DNA of 64,000 nt from Alphaproteobacteria bacterium (GCA_965232515.1 CBDDPY010000002.1:2464001-2528000); one strand, 5' to 3'. Positions 1 to 7,684 are shown, counted from the first letter of the stretch. The notes: a model not told the origin generated them from the sequence alone. Made by a program: numbers and translations.

Positions 1-258
1 GTCATCGACAGTCTCGACGCGGTCGAGAAGAGCTTCGACGAGCTCTGGGACGGCACCACCGGCCAGATCGTCAGGGGCGCGGTCGGCGCCGCCGGCCTCG
101 GCGCCTCGTTGAAGTTCGGCACCGCGGCGGCGGTCGGCTCCGTCATCGAGGACGGCTTTGCCGTTCAGGGCAACATAAACGCGCCCGGCCCCACCTCGAC
201 CGCCTCGTCGTCGACCGACTCATCGACCTCAACGACCACGGCCACGTCGACCAAATAG
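1..258 (+). CDS. Partial (5'-truncated) protein with a Gly/Ala-rich hydrophobic segment and Ser/Thr-rich C-terminal tail
   Basis: Frame 1 is open from base 1 to TAG at 256-258: VIDSLDAVEKSFDELWDGTTGQIVRGAVGAAGLGASLKFGTAAAVGSVIEDGFAVQGNINAPGPTSTASSSTDSSTSTTTATSTK. Third codon positions are GC-rich. Absent from the ORF track because it lacks a start. Confidence 0.7.
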   Translation, partial: VIDSLDAVEKSFDELWDGTTGQIVRGAVGAAGLGASLKFGTAAAVGSVIEDGFAVQGNINAPGPTSTASSSTDSSTSTTTATSTK

Positions 259-274
259 GGCTCGGCGCCAGGTC

Positions 275-1246
275 ATGAACGATGCCGCCTTCCGGCCCCG
301 TGCGCCGTGGTGGGGCGGCGATCTGCAAACGCTCCGGAACTATCTGCGGCCGAAGCCATACCCGCTGCCTGGCGAACGGTTGAAACTGCCTCTGCCGGAC
401 GGCAGCGGCGACGCCCTGTGGGCGTTGCAGAACCGCGCCGACGCGGATGCCGGATCGCGGCGACCAACGGTATTGCTCACCCACGGGCTCAGCGGCGACG
501 AGAACAGCGTCTACATGCTGGACGCGGCCCGCTACTTCCTCGCCCAGGGCTACGACGTCGTCCGCCTGAACCTGCGCGGCGCCGGCCCGTCGGCGGCGCA
601 TTGCCGCCGGCACTACCATGCCGGCCGGTCACAGGATCTGCGCGACGCGCTGGCGATGCTGCCGGCCGATCTGTTGGCCGAAGGTCTGCTGCTGATCGGC
701 TTTTCGCTCAGCGGCAACACCGTGCTGAAGCTCGCCGCGGAAGCGGGCCGTGACCTGCCGCTGCGCGCCGTCGCCGCGGTGTCCGCGCCGATCGACCTCG
801 CCGCCACCACCCGAAACATCATGCGCCGCCGCAATGCGCCTTACCACACCGCCATGCTGCGTGAGTTCAAAGCGGTCTGCGACCGGCCCGGCGCGGAGCT
901 CAGCGCGACCGAGCGCGACGCCATCCGGCGGGCGGACTCGTTCCTCAGCTTCGACGACAACTTCACCGCGCCGCGGCATGGCTATCGGGACGCCGCCAGT
1001 TTCTATGCCGACAACATGGCCCTTCGGTTCCTGCCCGAGATCCCGCTGCCGACGCTGCTGTTGCAGGCCCGCGACGACCCGATCGTACCGACCGGGCCTT
1101 ACCTCGCGTTCGACTGGCGCCTGAACCGCCATCTGCAGCCGGACCTGCCCAGCAGCGGCGGCCATGTCGGGTTTCACGCCACGAACGGCCTTTGGCATCT
1201 GCGCCGGATCGGCTATTTTTTCAACAGCCATATGGGCCAGGACTGA
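275..1246 (+). CDS. YheT-family alpha/beta hydrolase
   Basis: N-terminal GGDLQT, HGLSG, GFSLSG nucleophile elbow, DDP, and C-terminal GGHVGF. Confidence 0.9.
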   Translation: MNDAAFRPRAPWWGGDLQTLRNYLRPKPYPLPGERLKLPLPDGSGDALWALQNRADADAGSRRPTVLLTHGLSGDENSVYMLDAARYFLAQGYDVVRLNLRGAGPSAAHCRRHYHAGRSQDLRDALAMLPADLLAEGLLLIGFSLSGNTVLKLAAEAGRDLPLRAVAAVSAPIDLAATTRNIMRRRNAPYHTAMLREFKAVCDRPGAELSATERDAIRRADSFLSFDDNFTAPRHGYRDAASFYADNMALRFLPEIPLPTLLLQARDDPIVPTGPYLAFDWRLNRHLQPDLPSSGGHVGFHATNGLWHLRRIGYFFNSHMGQD

Positions 1247-1298
1247 GAATTCGCCGTAGCCCGCTGTCAGCGCCGGATACGGCCGTCAGCCATCAACA

Positions 1299-1343
1299 CG
1301 GTCCACGGCATTACCCCCACGCTTGTCCCCCGATTTATCCACA
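1299..1343 (+). promoter_or_regulatory. DnaA box (perfect at 1335-1343) with degenerate tandem boxes upstream of gcrA
   Basis: TTATCCACA at 1335-1343; weaker TTGTCCCCC (1323), TTACCCCCA (1311) and CGGTCCACG (1299) follow a 12-bp period. Confidence 0.7.
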
Positions 1344-1374
1344 GTATATGGTAGGGTTCACCCTGTGTTCCCAC

Positions 1375-1390
1375 TTTATTTATTGTTAAC
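1375..1390 (+). promoter_or_regulatory. CtrA-type box upstream of gcrA
   Basis: TTTA-N7-TTAAC, one mismatch to TTAA-N7-TTAAC. CtrA represses gcrA in Caulobacter. Confidence 0.65.
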
Positions 1391-1467
1391 GAGACCCACT
1401 CGCGACTAGAATGCAGCCGCCGTCGGGAGGCGACGCGGCTCAATGCTGCGATGAAGGATCGTTGCCT

Positions 1468-1872
1468 ATGGAATGGACCGAAGAAAGAATCGAAACGCTC
1501 AAAAACCTGTGGGGAAAGGGCTTTAGCGCTCGGCAGATCGCCGAGGAACTGGGAGGCGTCACCCGAAACGCCGTGATCGGCAAGGCCAATCGTCTCGGCC
1601 TGTCGAAGCCGACGAAGTCGGCGATCACGCGCAAGCAAAACCGCGTGCAACAGGTACAGACACCGCGGATCGTGATCCCTGAGCCGCAAGGCGAAGGGGC
1701 GACCATCCTGACCTTGAAATCGACCAGCTGCCGCTGGCCGATCGGGCATCCTGGTGAGGAGAATTTCCGTTTTTGCGGCGCGCGGTGCACGCCGGGCGCG
1801 CCTTATTGCGAGGCGCATGCGCGGATGGCCTATCAGCCGTCGACAAAGGACTCGCGTAAGCGCAGCGCGTAA
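1468..1872 (+). CDS. gcrA: GcrA cell cycle regulator
   Basis: MEWTEERIETLKNLW..G.SARQIAEELGGVTRNAVIGKANRLGL and C-terminal CRWPIGHP..FRFCG..PYCEAH. Start moved to ATG 1468 (AAGGA upstream). Confidence 0.95.
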   Translation: MEWTEERIETLKNLWGKGFSARQIAEELGGVTRNAVIGKANRLGLSKPTKSAITRKQNRVQQVQTPRIVIPEPQGEGATILTLKSTSCRWPIGHPGEENFRFCGARCTPGAPYCEAHARMAYQPSTKDSRKRSA

Positions 1873-1966
1873 AGCAAGGGAGCAAGCAGAGGTCCCGCCC
1901 ATCGGGCACGCGGCGACGCGAACGGGCTGGACCTTTGGCCCCCTCTTCCGGTTCAATGGCGCCGTA

Positions 1967-2461
1967 ATGGGACGGACGGCGCGATCGGACCACGGTGGCA
2001 GGCACGCGGCCGGACTTGTCGGCTTGTCCATGGCATTCGTCGCGGCCGTGTTTCCTGCGTCGCCCGTTATCGCGCAATCGGCGCCGACCGAAGCCGCGCC
2101 GCTGCCGCCCAGCAGCTTCGATCTGCGCCGTCAGGAACTGATCGAGCGCGAGGCGCGCCGGCAGGCCGCCGTCAAGGCCGCCCGCGAGTCCCGCCAGCGT
2201 CGGCTCGCCGGCAACGGACGAGCCAAGCCCCCCGATCAGCCGACCCCCGGCGCCGGCATCATCGACGGGCTGTTCTCGCCCAAGACCGCCTTCAACATCT
2301 CGATCGCGGCGATCATGGCGACGGCCGCGATCTCGGCCATCTCCGACGATTCACGTAATCTGGCGAACGCCAGCGGCGGGTCCGACAACGGCGGCGGTGA
2401 CTCGGGCGGCGGCGGCTCCGGCGGCTCGACAACCACGACCACCAGCACGGGCACCAACTAA
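1967..2461 (+). CDS. Exported/membrane protein with a late hydrophobic helix and Gly/Ser/Thr tail
   Basis: 3' part of ORF 1754..2461. Signal-peptide-like ...VAAVFPASPVIA|QS, helix FNISIAAIMATAAISAIS, tail GGSTTTTTSTGTN. Start uncertain (1967 or 2030). Confidence 0.65.
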   Translation: MGRTARSDHGGRHAAGLVGLSMAFVAAVFPASPVIAQSAPTEAAPLPPSSFDLRRQELIEREARRQAAVKAARESRQRRLAGNGRAKPPDQPTPGAGIIDGLFSPKTAFNISIAAIMATAAISAISDDSRNLANASGGSDNGGGDSGGGGSGGSTTTTTSTGTN

Positions 2462-2470
2462 CCGATCGCG

Positions 2471-2764
2471 TCAGTCGGGCCGATCCGCGGGCGATGCCGA
2501 CAGCCGCAGCCGGATCACGCCTTTGACGCGGTCGGGATCGATCGGTTTGCCTTTGCGCAGAATGTCGATCCGGCCCTGCCGGGCCAGGTCGGCCGCGACC
2601 GACCGTACGCGGGACAGATGCGATCGCCAGCCTTCGCCGTCGAGCGCGCGCGCGACCTCCGACGGGCAGATCGATTTGTCGACGCCCCGCGCGGTGCAGA
2701 GTGCGATGATCGTGTCGCGGATCCGATCGGGATCGATCGGCCGGCGGCCGGCGGTGGGTTCCAT
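2471..2764 (-). CDS. DUF3253 family small winged-helix protein
   Basis: KSICPSEVARAL..W...VR..A..L...G.I.I.RKGKP.D...KGVIRL pattern. Confidence 0.85.
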   Translation of the reverse strand: MEPTAGRRPIDPDRIRDTIIALCTARGVDKSICPSEVARALDGEGWRSHLSRVRSVAADLARQGRIDILRKGKPIDPDRVKGVIRLRLSASPADRPD

Positions 2765-2793
2765 GCCGGCAGCTTATACCAGGGGAAGGAAAC

Positions 2794-4407
2794 TCAGTTG
2801 AAGGCGCTGTTCGGCATGCCCAACAGATAGCCCTGCGCGTAGTCGACGCCCAGCTTGTTGACGAACTGCAACTGTTCCTTGGTCTCGATGCATTCGGCGA
2901 TGGTCTGCATGCGCAGATCCTTGCTGACCCCAACCATGGCCTTCAGGATCGCCGCGTCACGCGGCCGGTTCAGCACCTTCTGCACATAGACGCCATCGAT
3001 CTTCACGAAATCGACCGCCAATGCCTGCAGATACTGGAACGAGGCCGCGCCGGCGCCGAAATCGTCGAGGCAGACCCGGTGGCCGTCCCGACGGAAGTCC
3101 TGGATGATGTTGTTGGCCTGCACCAGATCGTCGATCTTGCTGGTCTCGGTCACCTCCAGCAGCAGGTTCCGGCGTAACTGCCCGATCCGCGCTAGCATGG
3201 CCCGCAGGTTGGTGATGAAGACCTCGTTGACCAGCGAGCGGCCCGACAGGTTGACCGAAAGCCGCAGAGCCGTGCCGTGAGCGTCCTGCTCTTGCATCAG
3301 CCGGATCACGCGCGCGCAGACCGCCAGATCCAGGTCGTGGATCAGGCCGACGTCCTCGGCAAACGTGATGACCTTCAGCGTGTCTTTCTCATCGGGAAAA
3401 CGCGACAACACCTCGTAATGGTGCACATTGCCGTCGCGCAGGCTGTAGATGCCCTGGAAAACGAACTGGAACTCGCTACGCGCCAATGTCGTCTTCAGCG
3501 CGTTCACGCGATCCTTGGTGTTGCTTAAAAGCTGATCCAGGCCGTCGGAGAGCGACTTGATCGAGAATTCCGACGTGGTGTCCGCGAACTGATTGATGGC
3601 GTAGACCAGGATCTGACCGGCGTCGACGTCGCTGATCGCTTCTTCCGAGGTCAGGTCGAGCGTGCTGCCCTGAAAGCCGATGCCGTCGCCCGAGGGGTCG
3701 ATGCTTTTCGACAGTTGATGGATGGTCTGCGAGACCTCATCCAGATCGACCGAGCTGTCGTGGACAAATCCGTATTTCTCGTCGTCCAGGCGGCCGACGG
3801 AGTCGCCGCCATACGATTCCGATCTCAGATAGGCGCCGATGTCGGCGAGCATATCGCTTCGCGTCGCGTCGTCGACCTGGCTCGACAGCCGGTCGAGGCC
3901 GTCAAGCTGCAGCAGCGTCAGCTTGGTGTCGAGGCGCTAGTCGGCGGCGACCCGGGCTAATTCGCCGGCGATCTGCGCAAAATCTTCCTTGCCCAGCGTG
4001 CCCGTTTCGGGATCGCGGACCGCCTCGGCGTTGCGTTCGATATTGGGCGACTTGGCGACCGACAGGGTGACGAAATAGCGCTCGCTGTCGGCCGGCAACC
4101 GGCAGGCCCCGAGCCAGACCGCGACGCCGGTCGCCGCCATGTGCACGATGGTCGGCGCCAGCCGGTGCTGGCGGCCGAGCCGCGCGATCAGGTGCTTCAG
4201 GAAGTGACTGTCCTGGACGCCGACCATCTCAAGCAGCGAGATGCCGATCAGGCCCTCGGCCTCGCAGTCGGCAAGCAGTCGGCTGGCGCCGGACGCGAAC
4301 GTGATCGTCAACCGTTGGTCGAGCTCCAGCAGCAGGTCCGCCGCCGCGAAAGAGAACCCGACAAATCGATTGCGTTCGCGCTGAAGTCCGACCCCCAGCT
4401 CACCCAT
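2794..4407 (-). pseudogene. EAL-domain protein (PAS-like N-terminus, degenerate GGDEF-like middle, EAL) interrupted by an in-frame TAG at 3937-3939
   Basis: ORFs 3937..4407 and 2794..3852 share a frame. Reading through the stop gives ...RVAAD*RLDTKLTLLQLDGLDRLSSQVDDATRSDMLADIG.... EAL motifs EVLSR, SVNLS, LEVTE, LDDFGAG, VKIDG, IAECIE, AQGY are present. Confidence 0.75.
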
Positions 4408-4639
4408 GGATCACCTGGAACAGTGTATGTGCAAATTTTGCAGTGTAGGTCCGGGTGGTTAACAAACGGCTTCGGGCGCCGATCGCCGGCGCAGACCCTA
4501 ACCCCGTCGAATTTTGCACCGCAACATAGGGGTTTGTTAATGAAAATACGTCATGACTGACATGACAACGTATCGTTTGCTCGACGCACGGTTCGTCACG
4601 AAATGACAACCAGGCCATCGTCTCTCATAGGGGCACGAA

Positions 4640-4843
4640 ATGAACCACACAACCTCTCTAAACATGAGAAAATCTTCGTTTCACGATATCCTTGAGGGGG
4701 CAGTGCAGCAATTCGCCGTCTGGCGCGAACGCGCCCGCGAGCGCAAGCTTCTGGCGCAATTGTCGGATCGCGAGCTGCGGGACATTCGCCTGAACCGCCA
4801 GCAGGCCGAGATAGAAGCCGGCAAGCCGTTCTGGAAACCCTGA
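4640..4843 (+). CDS. DUF1127 (YjiS-like) small protein
   Basis: Arg-rich WRERARERKLLAQLSDRELRDI...EAGKPFWK signature. Confidence 0.9.
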   Translation: MNHTTSLNMRKSSFHDILEGAVQQFAVWRERARERKLLAQLSDRELRDIRLNRQQAEIEAGKPFWKP

Positions 4844-5000
4844 CCGCCAAACTTGGCCACGTCGACGTCTCTTGCAGTTTCGACCGCAGCGGCGCACCAT
4901 TATCGCTATCCGTTGCGAACAAAGCGCAGCCAAGCGTCGAGTTTGACGCAAACAAGGAGTGAAGAAGCGGTCTGCTCGGCGCCCTGATAGGGGAACGCAG

Positions 5001-5432
5001 ATGTACGTAGACTCCATTCTGAAGCACAAGGGCCAGGACGTCGTGAGCGCCGGCCCCACGGATGAAATCGTCGAGACGGCCCGGCTGCTTAACCGGCACC
5101 GGATCGGCGCGGTTGTCGTGCGCGGTGCCGACGGCCAGGTGGTCGGGATCCTGTCGGAGCGCGACATCGTCCGCGGTGTCGCCGAAAAAGGTCCGGCCTG
5201 CCTCTCGCTCAAGGTGGCCGATCTCATGACCCGAGAGGTCGTGAGCTGCCGCCCGAACGACAGCATCGACGACATCATGGCGCTGATGACCGAACGGCGT
5301 ATCCGGCATTTGCCGGTGATGCAGGACGGCACGGTTATCGGCGTGATCTCTATCGGCGACGTGGTCAAACGGCGCATCGCCGAGATCGAGTCGGAGGCCT
5401 CCTCCCTGCGGGAGTATATCGCCACGGGCTGA
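5001..5432 (+). CDS. Tandem CBS-domain protein
   Basis: MYVDSILKHKG, IGAVVV, GILSERDIVR, RIRHLPV, GVISIGDVVK. Start moved to ATG 5001. Confidence 0.92.
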   Translation: MYVDSILKHKGQDVVSAGPTDEIVETARLLNRHRIGAVVVRGADGQVVGILSERDIVRGVAEKGPACLSLKVADLMTREVVSCRPNDSIDDIMALMTERRIRHLPVMQDGTVIGVISIGDVVKRRIAEIESEASSLREYIATG

Positions 5433-5529
5433 CCATGCGCGCGCGGCGGGCCGGCGGCCTTCCGCCGGCGCCGTACCGCATCGGCCGGAACTCCGGTCCG
5501 GCCCGCCCGGCGCTAAAAATCGGCCATTT

Positions 5530-5545
5530 TGTGAACGCGATCACA
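5530..5545. promoter_or_regulatory. CRP-type binding site
   Basis: Perfect TGTGA-ACGCGA-TCACA, about 60 bp upstream of the small ORF at 5603. Confidence 0.7.
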
Positions 5546-5602
5546 GCGTCGCGGGGGTCCGCGCGGCACCTTGCCGCTCGCACAACGCTGGGAGATGTCA
5601 CG

Positions 5603-5707
5603 ATGTCGTCACTGCAGGGACGCAACCGCAAAACCTTGTTCGCGCTCGTGGGATCGCTGTGGGTCGCCTCCGTCGGCGGCCTCATCTGCTTGTTCGTTTT
5701 CGCCTGA
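5603..5707 (+). CDS. 34-aa single-TM peptide (paralog of 6211..6318)
   Basis: MSSLQGRNRKTLFALVGSLWVASVGGLICLFVFA, with GGGAGA SD upstream and a CRP box upstream. Confidence 0.65.
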   Translation: MSSLQGRNRKTLFALVGSLWVASVGGLICLFVFA

Positions 5708-5748
5708 ACGATCCGGATGTCAGCCGCCCGCGCGGCGATGGACCGTGC

Positions 5749-5931
5749 TCAGGCGAACCAATCGAACAGCGGCAGCAACACGCCGATCAGGGCGCCCCAA
5801 CCGACAATTGAGGCCACAATCCATACCAACATGGCGCGGCGCATCGAGATCTGGGCGTCATGCGCCCGGCTGGCTCGCGACGCCGTCGGCAGGGACGGCC
5901 GATCAATCGAGATCTGAGAGGAGTTCGTAAT
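5749..5931 (-). CDS. Small single-TM protein (31-60 aa; start ATG 5844 or ATT 5931)
   Basis: C-terminus MRRAMLVWIVASIVGWGALIGVLLPLFDWFA. SD GGGAG lies 7 nt before ATT at 5931; CtrA-type box further upstream. Confidence 0.5.
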   Translation of the reverse strand: MTNSSQISIDRPSLPTASRASRAHDAQISMRRAMLVWIVASIVGWGALIGVLLPLFDWFA

Positions 5932-5977
5932 CGTCTCTCTCCCACGTCTGGTTCCGACAATTGTCGCCCGGCGAGCC

Positions 5978-5992
5978 TTAACGGAACGTAAA
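5978..5992 (-). promoter_or_regulatory. CtrA-type box
   Basis: TTAA-CGGAACG-TAAA (minus strand TTTA-N7-TTAA), the same variant as at gcrA. Confidence 0.55.
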
Positions 5993-6113
5993 GACCGCGA
6001 CGGCCACAAAGGCGGACCGGCAGGCCGTGGATTGTCTCAGATTGAGAATGGCGCATCGGCGGCTGTTCCAAATCAGGTCAATCTTGCGCGACCCGAGACA
6101 GCACATCTTTTCC

Positions 6114-6160
6114 TAAACCGTTGAAATAATTGCGAAACGCAAGTTGGCATATAACCTGCT
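6114..6160 (+). promoter_or_regulatory. IHF-like site plus sigma54 (-24/-12) promoter
   Basis: TTGGCATATAACCTGCT with GG 6146-47, N10, GC 6158-59. Upstream TAAACCGTTGAAA (reverse TTTCAA-N4-TTA, close to the IHF consensus WATCAA-N4-TTR). Confidence 0.6.
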
Positions 6161-6210
6161 TCAACATCTGCGTTGTTTACTAGTAACCGCGTAATCGGAC
6201 GGAGGGCGTC

Positions 6211-6318
6211 TTGCGCAATCTTTCTTCCACCCAACGAGGCATGCTTATCGCCGTATTCAGCGCGCTTTGGCTGATGTCGTGCACGGGTCTCGTCTACTGG
6301 TCCTATCTGGTCCACTAA
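6211..6318 (+). CDS. 35-aa single-TM peptide (paralog of 5603..5707)
   Basis: SD GGAGGG at 6201-6206, TTG start: MRNLSSTQRGMLIAVFSALWLMSCTGLVYWSYLVH-TAA. Below the ORF-track cutoff. Confidence 0.65.
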   Translation: MRNLSSTQRGMLIAVFSALWLMSCTGLVYWSYLVH

Positions 6319-6430
6319 AGCTCGTATCGGCTTGGTCGTCACACCTACCGCCGGTTCCGCATCCGACAACGATTAGTTCAGACTTTTCCCCCATGTTAGG
6401 GGATCGGCCGCAGAAGCGGACCTCCACGTA

Positions 6431-6525
6431 TCCACGAAAAGGCAACGCGCCGGGCACGGCGCCGCGCAAAGCTTCGGACCGGGATCGCCATCAATTGCCC
6501 CGGTCGGCGGAGCTGCCGAATGGAG
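6431..6525 (+). ncRNA. c-di-GMP-I (GEMM-I) riboswitch
   Basis: TCCACGAAAA-GGCAAC-GCGCCG-GGCA-CGGCGC-CGC-GCAAA-GCTTCG-GACCGGG...CCCGGTC-GG-CGGAGC-TGCCGAATGGAG. Conserved GGCAA / GCAAAGC / TGCCGA core with Vc2-like spacing and paired P1, P2 and P3. Confidence 0.82.
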
Positions 6526-6531
6526 ACGACA

Positions 6532-6726
6532 ATGGAAATTAGTCCCAACAATCCCAGTCCTTCCCAGGGCCTGAAGCTTCCCGCCGCCACCGAGCAACGT
6601 ACGGCCGAAGCGCCGGAACGTAATGCCGAACGCGACCGCCGAGAGGTGGACGAGACCTCGCGCGAGCGCATTCAGCGCTCGGACGCCGGTCCCGGCGTCG
6701 GCCGCCGGGTCGATTTCGAGGTCTGA
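6532..6726 (+). CDS. Small hydrophilic protein with a YjfB/'putative motility protein'-like C-terminal G-x-G-x-x-V-D motif
   Basis: MEISPNNPSPSQG...AGPGVGRRVDFEV. SD GGAG at 6522-25 overlaps riboswitch P1. Confidence 0.7.
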   Translation: MEISPNNPSPSQGLKLPAATEQRTAEAPERNAERDRREVDETSRERIQRSDAGPGVGRRVDFEV

Positions 6727-6728
6727 CG

Positions 6729-7661
6729 TCAGCCGAAGATCGACAGCCCAAGCCTTTTTGACAGGAAGGCCATCACGGCCATGCCGGCGACGCTGTTGCC
6801 CTTGGGTCCAAGCGCCGGGCCGTAGCTGGCGATCGCCATGCGGCCGGGCACGACCGACAGGATGGCGCCGCTGACCGCGCTCTTCGCCGGCAGCCCCACC
6901 CGTACGGCATAGTCGCCGACCTCGTCGTAGAGACCGCAGGTGGTCATCAGCGCGACCACCGTGCGCGCGCAATCGGCATCGATGACGCGCCGGCCGCTCA
7001 CCGGATCGACCCCGGCATTCGCCATAAACAGGCCAATGCGGGCGAGACGCCGGGCCGTGACGCCGATGGCGCATTGCCGGAAGTAGGCGTCGACGGCCAG
7101 ATCGGGGTCATCGATGCGCCCATGCTGCCGCATGAAATGCGCCAGTGCCCGGTTGCGAAAGCCCGTTGCCGCCTCTGACCGGTAAACCGCTTCATCCACC
7201 GCAAACGGGGTCTGATCGCAGATCTCCGCCAGGAACGCCTGCAGCGCCGCCACCTTGGCGGCGGCGTCGGCGCCCGGCAGCAGCCCGCTGACCAGGATCG
7301 CGCCGGCATTGATATAGGGGTTTCGCGGCCGGCCGCGCTCCTCCTCCAGGCGGACGATGGAATGAAAGGCATCGCCGCTCGGCTCCACCGAGACGTGATC
7401 GAACACGGCCATGCCGTGCGACTGCATGGCGCAGGCGAGTGCGAAGACCTTGCCCGCGCTCTGCAGCGTGAATGGCGTGTCCGCGTCGCCAACGGCATGG
7501 CAGGCGCCGTCGAGCGTGCAGATCGCGATGCCCAGTTCCGCCGGATCGGCCTTTGCCAGCTCGGGAATATAGTGCGCGACCCGTCCATCGCCTGTCCGCG
7601 CCAGGCCAAGCCGGTGCGCTTCCGCAAGGATCGCGTCGAGGTCGTCGGTCGCGTCAGCCAT
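6729..7661 (-). CDS. glsA: Glutaminase A
   Basis: GRVAHYIPELA, FTLQSAGK (SxxK), EPSG.AF.S, NPYINAGA, TCGLYD, GLPAKSAVSG, GNSVAG. Confidence 0.93.
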   Translation of the reverse strand: MADATDDLDAILAEAHRLGLARTGDGRVAHYIPELAKADPAELGIAICTLDGACHAVGDADTPFTLQSAGKVFALACAMQSHGMAVFDHVSVEPSGDAFHSIVRLEEERGRPRNPYINAGAILVSGLLPGADAAAKVAALQAFLAEICDQTPFAVDEAVYRSEAATGFRNRALAHFMRQHGRIDDPDLAVDAYFRQCAIGVTARRLARIGLFMANAGVDPVSGRRVIDADCARTVVALMTTCGLYDEVGDYAVRVGLPAKSAVSGAILSVVPGRMAIASYGPALGPKGNSVAGMAVMAFLSKRLGLSIFG

Positions 7662-7684
7662 ACGGTCGAAGCTGGTGGGCGGAT

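Noticed and set aside
1339-1357. NrdR-like box overlapping the DnaA box
   Set aside because: Only a partial match, and no ribonucleotide reductase gene is adjacent.
1299-1390. Replication origin at the DnaA box array
   Set aside because: There is only one perfect box, the AT-rich stretch is short, and no origin-linked genes are nearby. DnaA control of gcrA explains it.
3937-3939. Genome-wide amber recoding (e.g. pyrrolysine) to explain the TAG in the EAL gene
   Set aside because: TAG ends many normal genes here (cyclase, LivF-like ATPase, Crp/Fnr regulator, lactonase), and no pyl genes are visible.
4448-4545. CtrA boxes between the EAL gene and DUF1127
   Set aside because: Only isolated TTAA half-sites, with poor partners at the N7 spacing.
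5717-5917. 66-aa plus-strand ORF
   Set aside because: No SD or recognisable features; it is antisense to the better-supported minus-strand TM ORF.
6240-6370. Sigma28 promoter from GCCGATA-like sequences
   Set aside because: No correctly spaced TAAA -35 element; part of the region is better explained as the 6211..6318 coding sequence.
6431-6525. 3',3'-cGAMP (GEMM-Ib) specificity of the riboswitch
   Set aside because: The discriminating position (Vc2 G20 equivalent) is G, not A.
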